Made by a program: the position numbers and the translations under genes | Origin: Myxococcota bacterium | Lineage (GTDB): Bacteria > Myxococcota_A > UBA9042 > PHBI01 > JAWLBL01 | Reading direction: 5' to 3' | Assembly: GCA_041687695.1 (NCBI GenBank) | Contig: JAWLBL010000025.1 | Location: 32,001 to 96,000, forward strand | Length of the DNA: 64,000 nucleotides | Shown: positions 40,215 to 49,988 of the stretch, piece by piece | How positions within the stretch are numbered: the stretch's first letter is position 1 | How the letters are laid out: each line of letters starts with the position of its first letter | Notes under the pieces: generated by a model | Seen by the model: the letters and a program-made list of their open reading frames with translations, nothing else | What the model was told of the DNA's origin: nothing | Databases searched by the model: none

Positions 40215-42745
40215 TTCGGGCACGCGGCGAGCGCCGACGGCTGGTCGTCGGACCAGGTGGCGCCCAACAGGAAGGCCGGCGGGGCCTGTCCGACGTAGGC
40301 GTGGTGCGCGTAGACGTAGTCGCCCTCGTCGAAGCGCCACAGCGCGAGCGTGTCCGAGCGCAGAGCGACCGACGTCGGCGGCACGAAGTCGCCGGTGTAC
40401 AGGGCGCCCTTCGAGATGCGGAGCTCGTCGATGAGCCCGTCGTAGAACAGGGTCGCGCCGCCCTGCGAGCCGATGTAGAGGTCCTGGGCGGTCGCCAGCG
40501 CGTTGACCGGGCTGAGGGTCTGCGCCGTCTCCTTCTTGCCGTCGATGAACCAGGTGACGGTCGCGACCTTGCTGCCCGCGTCGTAGCTGCGGGTGACCGC
40601 GTAGTGGCGCCATTGCGGCGTGGTCACGTCGATGACGGCGACCATGCTGCCGAAGGTGTCGAGCGAGGTGCCGGACTGGCCCTCGACCCAGCGCAGCTTG
40701 GCCTTGTCACCGCTGGCGAAGACCTCGATGTGCCAGTCGGCGCCGCCCGCGGCCGACGTCGACCGGCTGATGATGGCCGACTTCGTGTTGGCGCGGATCT
40801 TGGCGTAGAACTCGACCGTCAGCGTCTGCTGGCCGTTGAGCACGGTCGGGGCCGCGACGGTCGCGACGCCCTGCTCGGCCGGGTCGAAGTCGAGCGCGTG
40901 GCGGGCGCACGGCGTCACCAGGCACACCGCCTTGGCCGCCGGCTTGCCCCCGAAGCCGTGGTCGACCGTGGCGTCGACGCCCAGCCAGTAGGCGTGGTGC
41001 CCGTTGGCGGTCTGGTCGGCGCTGAGCCCGGGCCGCGTCTCGTCGAAGTGGTAGAGCGCCAGCGTGTCGGCGTCGGGATCGTAGGGCGCCACGGGGGGCG
41101 AGAAGCCGCCGGTGTAGCGGGCCACCTTCGAGATGCGCACCTCGTCGACCAGGCCGGCGAAGAAGTCCTCGGAGGCGCCCTCGCAGCCGATGTACAGCTC
41201 GGCCTGCCCCAGGCCCTTGGCGTTGGGCAGGGTCACGGTCAGGCCGGACTGGTGGGCGCCGTTGTTGTACCAGCGCACCTCGCCGTTGGCCCGGCGCACG
41301 ACGGCGATGTGCTGCCACTGGCCGGGGATGGCGATGTTGGCGTTCGCGACCTGGGTGACGCCGTCGCTGGCGACCTCGCGCCACTGCAGGTTCGCGGTCG
41401 CCCCGGACACGTAGGTGTACGTCAGCTGCCACCCGGTCCCGGGCGTGGCGGGGTCCATGGCGTCGAACAGCACGGCGGTCTGTGCGCCGGCGGCGGGCTT
41501 GAACAGCAGCTCGACCGTCAGGTCGCCCGTCCCGAACGACACGCCGCCCGGGACGACCAGGCACGCGTTGCCGCCCATGTCGATGCCCTGCATGGCGCAA
41601 GTCGGCAGGGTGCAGCTGGCGCTGCACCCGTCGCCGTCGACGTCGTTGCCGTCGTCGCACTGCTCGGCGCCCTCGGCCGTGCCGTTGCCGCAGCAGTTGG
41701 GCACGGGCACGGCGCCGCAGGTCCCGGTCACGGCGTCACACTGCGGCACCTCGCACACCCCGACCGGGCACTCCTTGTAGGTCGTGCCCTCGCAGACCCC
41801 GTCGACGCAGGCCGAGGCCGTCGAGCACTTGTCGCCGTCGTCGCAGGCCAGCCCCTCGTTGCCGGGCACCGCCACGCACGCGCCCGTCGGCGGGTCGCAC
41901 GCGTTCTGCAGGCACGGGTCGTCGTGCGGGCCGCAGGGCGGCGCCGGGTCACCCATGATGCAGGTCGTGTTGATGCACGCGTACACGCCGTTGCACTTGT
42001 CGCCGTCGTCGTGCTGCTCGCAGTCCGCCGCGTTCGCGCACGAGCAGTTGACCGTGTCGAGGATGTCGGTCGTGCACTCGAGCGACGCGTCGCACGCCTC
42101 GAACAGGGTGCACGGGTCGCCGTCGTCGCACTCCTGGCCCACGTCGAGGGGCTTGGGCTCGCACTGCCCACTGTCCGGATTGCAGACGTGGGGCAGGCAG
42201 GGGTTGCCGCTGAGGTCGGGGCAGGGCGGCGGCGCCTGATCGACGTCCTCGGCGCACTGGGCGACCTCATCGACGACCTGGCAGGTGAACGGGCCCTTGC
42301 ACTTGTTGGTCGAGGCGCAGGTGGTCGTCACCACCCAGTCGAGGCAGCCCGTGACCGCGTCCTTGGTGCACGTCTCGATCTGGTTCGGCTCGGTCGGGTG
42401 GCAGCGCGCCTCGCCCGCCGTGGCGCAGGTGCTCTCGCAGGTCGGCACGTCGGCGTCGGGGACGTCCGGCCCCACCTCGTCCACGTCGGCGTCGCCGACG
42501 TCCGGACTCACGTCGGGCGGCAGCTCGGGCTCGGCGTCGGGCGGCGCCGTCGCGTCGGCGTCCTCGGGGGGCGTCGTGTCGTGGTCCGCGTCCTCGTCCA
42601 CCTTGCTGTCCGGCTGCTCGACGTCGGAGAGATCCGTCGTGTCGGTGCCGTCGATCGGCTCGAACCGGCTACAGCCGGCGGCCCCGAGGGCCAGGGTGGC
42701 CACCATGGCCACCGCGTTCAGCGTCGCACCCATCCGTCGCGTCAT
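40211..42745 (-). CDS. Lipoprotein with Cys-rich repeats (myxococcal DUF4215-like) and two LamG-like domains
   Basis: Lipobox AAGC; CDDGDPCT/CDDGDKCS repeats; CGNG...EQCDDGN...GDGCS; twice W.H.AV.R ... GL.DE.RISK ... DTLAL..FDE. Confidence 0.85.
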   Translation of the reverse strand: MTRRMGATLNAVAMVATLALGAAGCSRFEPIDGTDTTDLSDVEQPDSKVDEDADHDTTPPEDADATAPPDAEPELPPDVSPDVGDADVDEVGPDVPDADVPTCESTCATAGEARCHPTEPNQIETCTKDAVTGCLDWVVTTTCASTNKCKGPFTCQVVDEVAQCAEDVDQAPPPCPDLSGNPCLPHVCNPDSGQCEPKPLDVGQECDDGDPCTLFEACDASLECTTDILDTVNCSCANAADCEQHDDGDKCNGVYACINTTCIMGDPAPPCGPHDDPCLQNACDPPTGACVAVPGNEGLACDDGDKCSTASACVDGVCEGTTYKECPVGVCEVPQCDAVTGTCGAVPVPNCCGNGTAEGAEQCDDGNDVDGDGCSASCTLPTCAMQGIDMGGNACLVVPGGVSFGTGDLTVELLFKPAAGAQTAVLFDAMDPATPGTGWQLTYTYVSGATANLQWREVASDGVTQVANANIAIPGQWQHIAVVRRANGEVRWYNNGAHQSGLTVTLPNAKGLGQAELYIGCEGASEDFFAGLVDEVRISKVARYTGGFSPPVAPYDPDADTLALYHFDETRPGLSADQTANGHHAYWLGVDATVDHGFGGKPAAKAVCLVTPCARHALDFDPAEQGVATVAAPTVLNGQQTLTVEFYAKIRANTKSAIISRSTSAAGGADWHIEVFASGDKAKLRWVEGQSGTSLDTFGSMVAVIDVTTPQWRHYAVTRSYDAGSKVATVTWFIDGKKETAQTLSPVNALATAQDLYIGSQGGATLFYDGLIDELRISKGALYTGDFVPPTSVALRSDTLALWRFDEGDYVYAHHAYVGQAPPAFLLGATWSDDQPSALAACPK

Positions 42746-42898
42746 CCCGACTTCCCCCGCTCACCCAGCCGCCCTCCCGGGCGGTCGCGCTGGCCCGGCC
42801 GACCGACCGGGCGCCGATGCACTCTAGCAGACAGGCACGCCGCGCCGCCACCCGCCCCAAACGGCCCGCGTCGGGTCGGGCGGCGCGGCGCAGGCCCC

Positions 42899-44896
42899 TC
42901 AGAACAGCAATGAAAGCCCGACGTTGGTGTAGATCAGCGGGTCGGCCGACCAGGACTGGTCGTACAGGCTGCGCCCGCCCTTGAAGGGGTCGCCCTCGAC
43001 CACGAAGAACACGTTCCAGAGCTTCGAGATGCGGAACTCGCCCGACACGCCCAGCAGCAGCTGCGCGCCCGTGTCCCGGTCGAGGTGCGGGAACTCGCCG
43101 TCCACCTCGAGCGTCTCGGGCCCGGTGCGGTCGGTGAACATGAACAGGCTCGCGCGGGCCGTGATGGCCGCCCGCTCGCTGATGAGGATGGAGCCCAGGG
43201 CCGTGGCGCGCGCGAAGACGCTGTTGCGATCCTCGCCGCCGAGGCCGAAGCCGAGTCCGCCCTCACCCGAGAAGGCGAAGGCGCGCGAGCGCGCGACGAG
43301 GTACTTGGCCCGCGCCTCGAACTCGTTGATGACGTTGAAGGTGCTCTTGTAGGTGAGGCCCAGCTCGAGCTCGTCGGTCAGGCCGCCGCTGATGCGCAGG
43401 CCGGCCAGCGTCGGGAAGCCCAGCATGACCTCCATCGTGCCGTAGCCCCGGTCGATGGGCTGCGCCGACAGCGCCATCGCGCGGTGCCGCACGCGGCGGT
43501 CCTTGGCGCCGAAGCGGGCGTTGAGGCTGACCGGCTTGGCGGTGCCGACCGCGACCGTGAACTCCTCCTGCTTGCCGTCGGCGCGCTTGACCATGACCTC
43601 GTAGGTCCCGACCTCGAGGTCCTCGCGCAGAAACGGCGTCTTGCCGGCGAGCTTGCCGTTGATGAAGACCTCGGCCGCGCCGCCGGCCGCCTTGACCTCG
43701 AGGCGCCCGGCCTTGGTCAGCTCGGCGACGACCTCCTGGCTGCCGCCGGGCGGCAGGGTCACGCTCTTCTGCCAGGTCGCGTAGCCGGGCGCGCTCACCG
43801 TGACGAAGTGGGTCCCCGGCGACAGGTCCTCTTGCTGGTGCGGCGCGGGCACACCCGGGCCGCCGTTGACGCTGACCAGCGCCCCCTGCACGTTGGCGAT
43901 GATGCGCAGCGAGCCCTTGGCCCGCTCGGTGGCCGCCTTGAGCGACAGCGTCACGACCAGCGTCTCGCCCGGGCCGATCTCGACCTCGCGCGTGTCCTTG
44001 GTGTAGCCCGGGGCACGCGCCTCGATGACGTGCTTGCCCGCGGTCACCTCCTGGGCGACGGGAGGCGCGCCGACGTCCTCGCCGTCGATGAAGATGGTGG
44101 CGCCCTCGACGTCGGCCGACACGCGCACGCGCCCCACGCCGCCGCCGCCCGCGGCGAGATCCACGTTGATGGTGGCGCGCTGGCCGCCCGTGACGCGCAC
44201 CTGCTCGGAGTGGGACGGGTAGCCGTCCAGCACGACCTCGACCAGGTAGTTGTCCTCGGACAGCTGGTCGATGACGGTCGGCGTGACCCCGCGCGGGGCG
44301 CCGTTGATGCGCACCTGGGCGCCCGACGGCGTGCTGGCGACCAGCAGCGACCCGAAGCGCGCCACCTTCTTCATCACCACGTCGAAGGCGACCTTCTGGG
44401 CCTCGCTGGCGTCGATCCAGCGCTCCCAGGGCTCGTAGCCCTCCTTGACGACCTTGACGTAGTGCCGGCCCGGCGGGACCGAGGTCGACGTCGGCACGAC
44501 GCCCACCTCTTGATCGTCGACGAAGACCTTGGCGCCGTAGAACTCGCTCGCCGCGATGAACTCGAGCTGCGCCGGCTTGATCTCGCGCAAGAGGTTGAAG
44601 ACGTAGCTCTGCGTCTTCCAGGTGACCTCGATGGTCTCCAGCAGATCCTGGAAGCCGTCCTTCTTGAAGCGCAGCGTCGTCATCCCGCGCGGGATCTTGG
44701 CGTTCTTTAGCGGCGTGACGCCCAGGGGCTGCTCGCCCGACTCGAGGACCAGGAAGACCTCGGCCCCGCTGGGGGTCGTGTCCAGGTTGGTCCGCGTCGT
44801 GCGCACCCGCTGGGCGTGGGCGTCGGCCGGCAGGAGCGACACGAGCAGGGCGGCGGCGGCCGCCAGGGCGGCGAGGGGCGAGCAGCGTGGCATCAC
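42899..44896 (-). CDS. Multi-PEGA domain protein with C-terminal beta-barrel-like domain
   Basis: Signal peptide; repeated S.P.GA.V..G...G.TP...G...V.V...GY units; amphipathic C-terminal strands ending in Phe. Confidence 0.85.
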   Translation of the reverse strand: MMPRCSPLAALAAAAALLVSLLPADAHAQRVRTTRTNLDTTPSGAEVFLVLESGEQPLGVTPLKNAKIPRGMTTLRFKKDGFQDLLETIEVTWKTQSYVFNLLREIKPAQLEFIAASEFYGAKVFVDDQEVGVVPTSTSVPPGRHYVKVVKEGYEPWERWIDASEAQKVAFDVVMKKVARFGSLLVASTPSGAQVRINGAPRGVTPTVIDQLSEDNYLVEVVLDGYPSHSEQVRVTGGQRATINVDLAAGGGGVGRVRVSADVEGATIFIDGEDVGAPPVAQEVTAGKHVIEARAPGYTKDTREVEIGPGETLVVTLSLKAATERAKGSLRIIANVQGALVSVNGGPGVPAPHQQEDLSPGTHFVTVSAPGYATWQKSVTLPPGGSQEVVAELTKAGRLEVKAAGGAAEVFINGKLAGKTPFLREDLEVGTYEVMVKRADGKQEEFTVAVGTAKPVSLNARFGAKDRRVRHRAMALSAQPIDRGYGTMEVMLGFPTLAGLRISGGLTDELELGLTYKSTFNVINEFEARAKYLVARSRAFAFSGEGGLGFGLGGEDRNSVFARATALGSILISERAAITARASLFMFTDRTGPETLEVDGEFPHLDRDTGAQLLLGVSGEFRISKLWNVFFVVEGDPFKGGRSLYDQSWSADPLIYTNVGLSLLF

Positions 44897-44948
44897 GATC
44901 CTTCCAGGAAGGTTGTCGAACCGGCCCCGAACTTATTACTTAGCGCGC

Positions 44949-46130
44949 ATGAGTCAACCGAGACGCCGAGCGGGATCGGGCAGTTCCACGCCAACACTGG
45001 CCCTGTTCGCGACCACGTCGGCGGGGCTGGAGCCCGCGCTGGAGGCCGAGCTGAGGGCCCTGGGGGCGCGTGGCCTCGAGCGGGTGCGCGGCGGCGTGGG
45101 TTTCGTCGGCGACCGCCGGCTGATGATGGCCGCGTGCGTGAACCTGCGGACCGCGCACCGGGTGCTGTGGAAGCTGGGCGAGGGGGTCGCGCGCGACGGC
45201 GACGCGCTGTACGAGGGGACACGCGGGGTCGTGCGCTGGGAGGGGCTGGTGCCGCCCGACAAGACCTTCGCGGTGCGGGCGACGGTCCGTGACAGCGCCT
45301 TGCGCGACAGCCGCTGGGTGGCGCTGCGGGTCAAGGACGCGATCGTGGACGCCGTGCGGGACGCGCGCGGCGAGCGGCCGTCGGTCGACGCCGCGGATCC
45401 GGACGTGCGGGTGCAGGTGCGGGTGGCGCGCGATCGGGTGACCGTCAGCCTGGACGCGGCCGGCGACAGCCTGCACGCGCGCGGCTATCGGACCGAGGCG
45501 GGCGAGGCGCCGCTGCGCGAGACGATGGCCGCGGGGATGCTGTTGATGAGCCGCTGGGACGGCCAGGCGCCGCTGGTCGACCCGATGTGCGGGTCGGGGA
45601 CGTTGCCCATCGAGGCGGCGCTGCTGGCCAGCGGGACGGCGCCGGGGCTGCTGGGGCGGCGGTTCGGGTTCGAGCGGTGGCCCGGGCACCGGCCGGCGAT
45701 GCTGGAGGCCGTGGTCGAGGGCGCGCGACGGCGGGCGCGGCCGCGGCCCGAGGGGGCGCTGGCGTTCGGGCGCGACCGGGACGCGCGGGTGGTGGGGCTG
45801 GCGCGGGACAACGCGCGTCGCGCAGGCGTCGACGGGCTGACCGACTTCGCGGTCGGTGAGCTGGACGCCCTGGCGCCACCGCCTGGGGCGAGCCGCGGGG
45901 TGCTGGTGACCAACCCGCCCTACGGCGAGCGGCTGGGCGAGATCGAGGGCCTGGTGCCGCTGTACCGGCGGCTGGGCGCCATCGCGCGCGAGCGGTTCCG
46001 CGGCTGGGAGCTGTGGATCCTGCTGGCGCACGACGTGCATCGCGAGGCGCTCGGGCTGCCGATCGCGCGGCAGTGGCCGATGATGAACGGCGCGCTCGAG
46101 GTCACCCTGGCGCAGATCGTGATCCGGTGA
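44949..46130 (+). CDS. THUMP-domain rRNA methyltransferase (RlmL-like)
   Basis: SLHARGYR, APLRETMAA, DPMCGSGT, TNPPYGER. Confidence 0.9.
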   Translation: MSQPRRRAGSGSSTPTLALFATTSAGLEPALEAELRALGARGLERVRGGVGFVGDRRLMMAACVNLRTAHRVLWKLGEGVARDGDALYEGTRGVVRWEGLVPPDKTFAVRATVRDSALRDSRWVALRVKDAIVDAVRDARGERPSVDAADPDVRVQVRVARDRVTVSLDAAGDSLHARGYRTEAGEAPLRETMAAGMLLMSRWDGQAPLVDPMCGSGTLPIEAALLASGTAPGLLGRRFGFERWPGHRPAMLEAVVEGARRRARPRPEGALAFGRDRDARVVGLARDNARRAGVDGLTDFAVGELDALAPPPGASRGVLVTNPPYGERLGEIEGLVPLYRRLGAIARERFRGWELWILLAHDVHREALGLPIARQWPMMNGALEVTLAQIVIR

Positions 46131-46136
46131 GGCCGG

Positions 46137-47393
46137 TCACGCGGTGAGGCGGCGGTCGCCCCGGGCGGCGAGGGTGGCCAGCTCGAGGCGGTCGGCGCCC
46201 CAGAACAGCTGGGGCGCGCCGGCGGGCGGGCGGACGACGTAGGTGGGAGCGCCGAAGACGCCCGCGGCGACGGCCTCGTCGGTGGCGGCGCGCAGGGCGG
46301 ACTTGGCCTCGGGGGCGCCGGCGGCCTCGACCAGGGTGGCGCCGTCGAGGCCGACCTCGTCGCACAGGGCGCGGACGACGTCGGGGCTGGAGACGTCGAG
46401 ATCCTGGGCCCAGGCGGCGTGGTAGAGGCGCTCGATGAGGCGGACGCCCGCCGGCGAGTCGCCGGCGCCGGACAGCAGGGTGACGCGCAGGGGCAGGGTC
46501 GTGTTGAAGGGGAAGCGCGACGGCCAGCGCAGCGGGAAGCCGATGGCGGCGGCCTGGCGGGCCAGGTCCTCGGCCACCCAGCGGCGGCGCGGGGCGTTCA
46601 TGGTCTGGAGCGGGACGTCGACCTGGCCGATGGCGCGGAAGAGGCCGCCGAGCAGCATGGGACGGTAGCGCAGGGCGGCGCCGAGCAGCGCGGGCGCGCG
46701 CAGGACGCCCAGGGCGCTGAAGGGGCTGGAGTAGTCGAACCAGAGGTCGACCGGCGCCGTCGGGCCGTCCCAAGCGGCGGCGGAGGGCAGGGCGGCCGGC
46801 GCGCCGCCGAGGGCGCGCTCGACCTCGTCGAGGCGGTCCTGACCCCAGTAGAGGCGGCCGTCGACGACGCAGCCGGGCGCGCCGAAGAGGCCGAGGGCGA
46901 TGGCCTCGTCGGTGCGTCGTCGGAGATCGTCCTTGACGGCGTCGGAGGCGGCGCGGGCCAGCACGGCGTCGGCGTCGTGGCCCGCGTCGCGGAGGACGCG
47001 CGCGACGACGGCCTCGTCGCCGAGGTCGGCGCCGTGGACCCAGTAGGCCTGGTAGAAGCGGTGGGCCAGGGGCATGAAGGGCTCGCCGGCCGCGAGGAGC
47101 GCGCGGAGGGCGGTGACCGTGCGGAAGGGGTGGCCGGCGGGCATCTCGAAGGGGACCTGCCACAGGGCGGCGTGGCGGCGCATGTCGAGCAGGTTGTGGC
47201 GCGCCTTGGCCGGCCCGAGGGTGACCGACAGGTTCTGGGCGGTGCCGACGGCGCGGAAGACGCCGCCGAGCAGCATCGGGCGCGGCTGCAGCGTGGCGCC
47301 GGTGCGCGCGGCGAGGGCCTCGACCTGGGTGGAGGCCAGGTAGGCGTACGGGCACGAGAAGTCGAACCAGAAGACGAGGTGCGGTGTGGTCAT
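46137..47393 (-). CDS. Tandem 2-hydroxychromene-2-carboxylate isomerase / kappa-GST (DsbA-like) domains
   Basis: Two copies: FWFDFSCPYAY...PMLLGGVF...GLFGAP...WGQDRL and LWFDYSSPFSA...PMLLGGLF...GVFGAP...WGADRL. Confidence 0.88.
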   Translation of the reverse strand: MTTPHLVFWFDFSCPYAYLASTQVEALAARTGATLQPRPMLLGGVFRAVGTAQNLSVTLGPAKARHNLLDMRRHAALWQVPFEMPAGHPFRTVTALRALLAAGEPFMPLAHRFYQAYWVHGADLGDEAVVARVLRDAGHDADAVLARAASDAVKDDLRRRTDEAIALGLFGAPGCVVDGRLYWGQDRLDEVERALGGAPAALPSAAAWDGPTAPVDLWFDYSSPFSALGVLRAPALLGAALRYRPMLLGGLFRAIGQVDVPLQTMNAPRRRWVAEDLARQAAAIGFPLRWPSRFPFNTTLPLRVTLLSGAGDSPAGVRLIERLYHAAWAQDLDVSSPDVVRALCDEVGLDGATLVEAAGAPEAKSALRAATDEAVAAGVFGAPTYVVRPPAGAPQLFWGADRLELATLAARGDRRLTA

Positions 47394-47460
47394 GGCGCTC
47401 TGCATACCGCGGAGCACGTGGGCGGCGCCAGCGGCGGCGCGGCGTGGTAGGCTGCGCGCC

Positions 47461-48555
47461 ATGTGGGGGCGAGGTCGACGGTGGTGGGTGGTCGCGGCTT
47501 TGATCGCGGCGGCGCCGGGCGCGCGCGCGGGTGAGGCCGAGCGGCTGGAGGCGACCGGGGCGGCGCTGGAGGCGGCGGCGGCCTGGGAGCGGGAGGCCGT
47601 GCGCGGGCGCGACGACGAGGCGACGCTGCGGGCGGCGCGGCTGTGGGCGCTGGACGAGGCCGGGACGCGCGGTGAGGCGCTGCTGGCGCAGTGGCTGGCG
47701 CGGAGCGGCCGGGACGAGCGGGCGCCCAGGGTGGCGCTGGAGCGCGCGCGGCTGGTCGCGCGGAGGATGGCGCGGCGCGACTCGGCCGGGGCGCGGCGCG
47801 TGGCCATCACGCTGTACGAGCAGATCGCGCACAAGTTTGGGCCACAGGACCCGGCGCTGGTGGTGCTGGCGCTGGCCGAGGGCGGGCGGCTGGTCCCGCC
47901 GGACGCGCGGCCCGACGAGCGGCTGGTCGCCCATCAGCTGTACTGGGCGGCGGTCTATCAGTGGCACCTGCTGCCTCAGGCGCTGGCGCGGCGCGAGGAG
48001 GTCCGCGACGCGGCGGCCGGGGCGGCCTTCGCGTTGGCCGAGGTGTCGGTGGGGCGGGCGCTGTCGCCCAGCCTGGACGAGGCCATCGCCGAGGCGGGCG
48101 AGGTGGACGCGGCGCGGCTCGTGCGGATCGTGACCGATCGCCTGTCGTGGCTGGAGACGGCGCGCCCCAAGCTGCACAAGGTCGCCGACTACGGCGCGCC
48201 CCGGTGGGCCATGGCGGCGGTGGTGCGCGAGGCGCAGCTCTTCCACGCCTTCGCCGACATGATCGAGGGCCTCCGGGGACCCGCCGACTGGACGCGCGCC
48301 CAGCGCGACGCGGTGCGGCCCGGGCTCGCCGGCAAGGTCGCCGAGCTGCGCGAGCAGGCCGAGGAGCGTTACGCGGCCGCCTTGCGTTACGCCGTCGAGC
48401 GCGAGGTCACCGGGCCGTGGTCGCGCGCCGCCGCCGAGGGGCTGGCGCGGCTGCGACCGGAGGGCTATCCCCTGGTCGTCCGGCGGCCGGCGGTGGTCCG
48501 GCTCCCCGACGGCCTGCCCGGGACGGGGTTCGTCACCCGGCCCGGGCGGCGCTGA
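47461..48555 (+). CDS. Hypothetical secreted helical (TPR-like) protein
   Basis: Signal peptide ending APGARA; helical repeats; C-terminus WAMAA...FAD...W...LARLRPEGYP. Confidence 0.65.
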   Translation: MWGRGRRWWVVAALIAAAPGARAGEAERLEATGAALEAAAAWEREAVRGRDDEATLRAARLWALDEAGTRGEALLAQWLARSGRDERAPRVALERARLVARRMARRDSAGARRVAITLYEQIAHKFGPQDPALVVLALAEGGRLVPPDARPDERLVAHQLYWAAVYQWHLLPQALARREEVRDAAAGAAFALAEVSVGRALSPSLDEAIAEAGEVDAARLVRIVTDRLSWLETARPKLHKVADYGAPRWAMAAVVREAQLFHAFADMIEGLRGPADWTRAQRDAVRPGLAGKVAELREQAEERYAAALRYAVEREVTGPWSRAAAEGLARLRPEGYPLVVRRPAVVRLPDGLPGTGFVTRPGRR

Positions 48556-48567
48556 CGGGGTCGGTGG

Positions 48568-49785
48568 CTACAGCGGCAGGATCCACAGGTCGCTCAGGCC
48601 GTCGTTGTCGGGGCGCGGCGCGGTGAGGGCCAGGTGGTTGGGGCCGAGGCGAGCTTGGCTGAGGCCGACGAGCTGCGTGACCGTCTGGACGGGCTCGGCG
48701 CCGCCGTCCGCCAGGTCGACCATGCGGACGCGGCGCTGCTCGGCCGGGGCGCCCGGGATGGACTCGATCCAGGCGACGCGCGAGCCGCTGGCCGTGGGGG
48801 CGCCGTCGAGGGTCGGCTCGACGTGGCCGTGGAGGCTGAGCGAGCTGGTGGCGCCCGTGACCGCGTCGGTGATGAAGACGTCCGAGGGGATCATGCTGTC
48901 CGGGTTGATGATGGACTTGCTGGCGCGCCACACCAGCTTGCCCGACGCGAGCGCCAGCGAGTCGACGTCGAAGGCGACGTCCCAGACCGTCTCTGCGTCG
49001 TCGACGAGGGCCGCGACCGAGGTGGCGCCGGAAAGCCACCCGAGGGTGACCTCCTGCCCGTCGGCCAGGGTGCCGAAGGCCGGGCGCCGCTCGGGCTCGA
49101 CGCCGTCGGTCACGCGGGCCTCGCTGCCGCCGGTCATCTCGCGCGCGTAGATGGCCGGCACCTGGGGCTGCCCCTCGACGCAGAGCCGGCAGTCCTGCCA
49201 GGCGACCAGGCTGCCCACCGCGGTCGGGTGCTCCTGCGCGCCGGGCTTGGTGACGACCGCGACATCGGCGCCGTCGCTGAGGCGCACGCCGAAGACGTCC
49301 GGGTCGCCGTAGCGATCGTCGACGTAGAACAGCCAGGTCGGCGTCAGGACCAGCTGCCGCGGCTGCGTCAGGTAGGGCGCGTCCAGGTCGACCGGCTCGC
49401 TGGCGCCGTCGAGCGCCCACAGCATCAGCCGCTCGGGCTCGCCCGGGGCGTCGCGCTCGACCCAGGCCGCGTGGGTGGCGGACAGCGCGATCTCGCGCCG
49501 CTCGGCGACGGCGCCGGGCACCAGGAAGACCGGATCCTCCTTCAGGCTCAAGGTGCGCACGTCCGGCGCGACCGAGTCCTCGGTAGGCACGTCGGGCAGC
49601 GGGCCGGAGTCCTGCTCGTTGACGTCGTCGCCGGGGAACACCACGTCGGACAGGCCGGCGTCGGCCGAGGTGTCGCCCTGGGAGGCATCGGGCGCGACGC
49701 CGCCCCCCGCCTCGACGGCCATGTCGCCGCAAGCCCCCAACACAAGGGCCAACCCCATCGTCACCAGCGTCGCGCTCGCTCTCAT
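48568..49785 (-). CDS. Hypothetical lipoprotein with beta-propeller-like repeats
   Basis: Lipobox LGAC, Asp-rich linker, repeats such as YVDDRYGDPDVF, VAWQDCR, VAWIES, DNDGLSDLW. Confidence 0.75.
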   Translation of the reverse strand: MRASATLVTMGLALVLGACGDMAVEAGGGVAPDASQGDTSADAGLSDVVFPGDDVNEQDSGPLPDVPTEDSVAPDVRTLSLKEDPVFLVPGAVAERREIALSATHAAWVERDAPGEPERLMLWALDGASEPVDLDAPYLTQPRQLVLTPTWLFYVDDRYGDPDVFGVRLSDGADVAVVTKPGAQEHPTAVGSLVAWQDCRLCVEGQPQVPAIYAREMTGGSEARVTDGVEPERRPAFGTLADGQEVTLGWLSGATSVAALVDDAETVWDVAFDVDSLALASGKLVWRASKSIINPDSMIPSDVFITDAVTGATSSLSLHGHVEPTLDGAPTASGSRVAWIESIPGAPAEQRRVRMVDLADGGAEPVQTVTQLVGLSQARLGPNHLALTAPRPDNDGLSDLWILPL

Positions 49786-49830
49786 CGTCCCCCACCGCGG
49801 CAGCAGGCCTCGTCCACGCACGGATGTTGA

Positions 49831-49846
49831 TACAAGATTCGTGCCG
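49831..49846 (-). promoter_or_regulatory. Putative sigma54 (-24/-12) promoter
   Basis: CGGCACGAATCTTGTA versus consensus TGGCACG-N4-TTGCW, about 45 nt upstream of the lipoprotein start. Confidence 0.6.
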
Positions 49847-49951
49847 CCGCGCGAAGCCCGCCGCGCCACGCGCCCGCCCGGCGCCCTGGCGACCGACTTG
49901 TCAGGGGGTGTCAACCTGCTAGTCACCCGCCGCCCCCGCTGCTCACGCTCG

Positions 49952-49981
49952 TTGACGGTCCCGGCGGCGCAGGGCTAGGGT
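49952..49981 (+). promoter_or_regulatory. Putative sigma70 promoter of the ABC exporter operon
   Basis: TTGACG-N18-TAGGGT ending 7 nt before the GTG start. Confidence 0.55.
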
Positions 49982-49988
49982 CCGCCGC

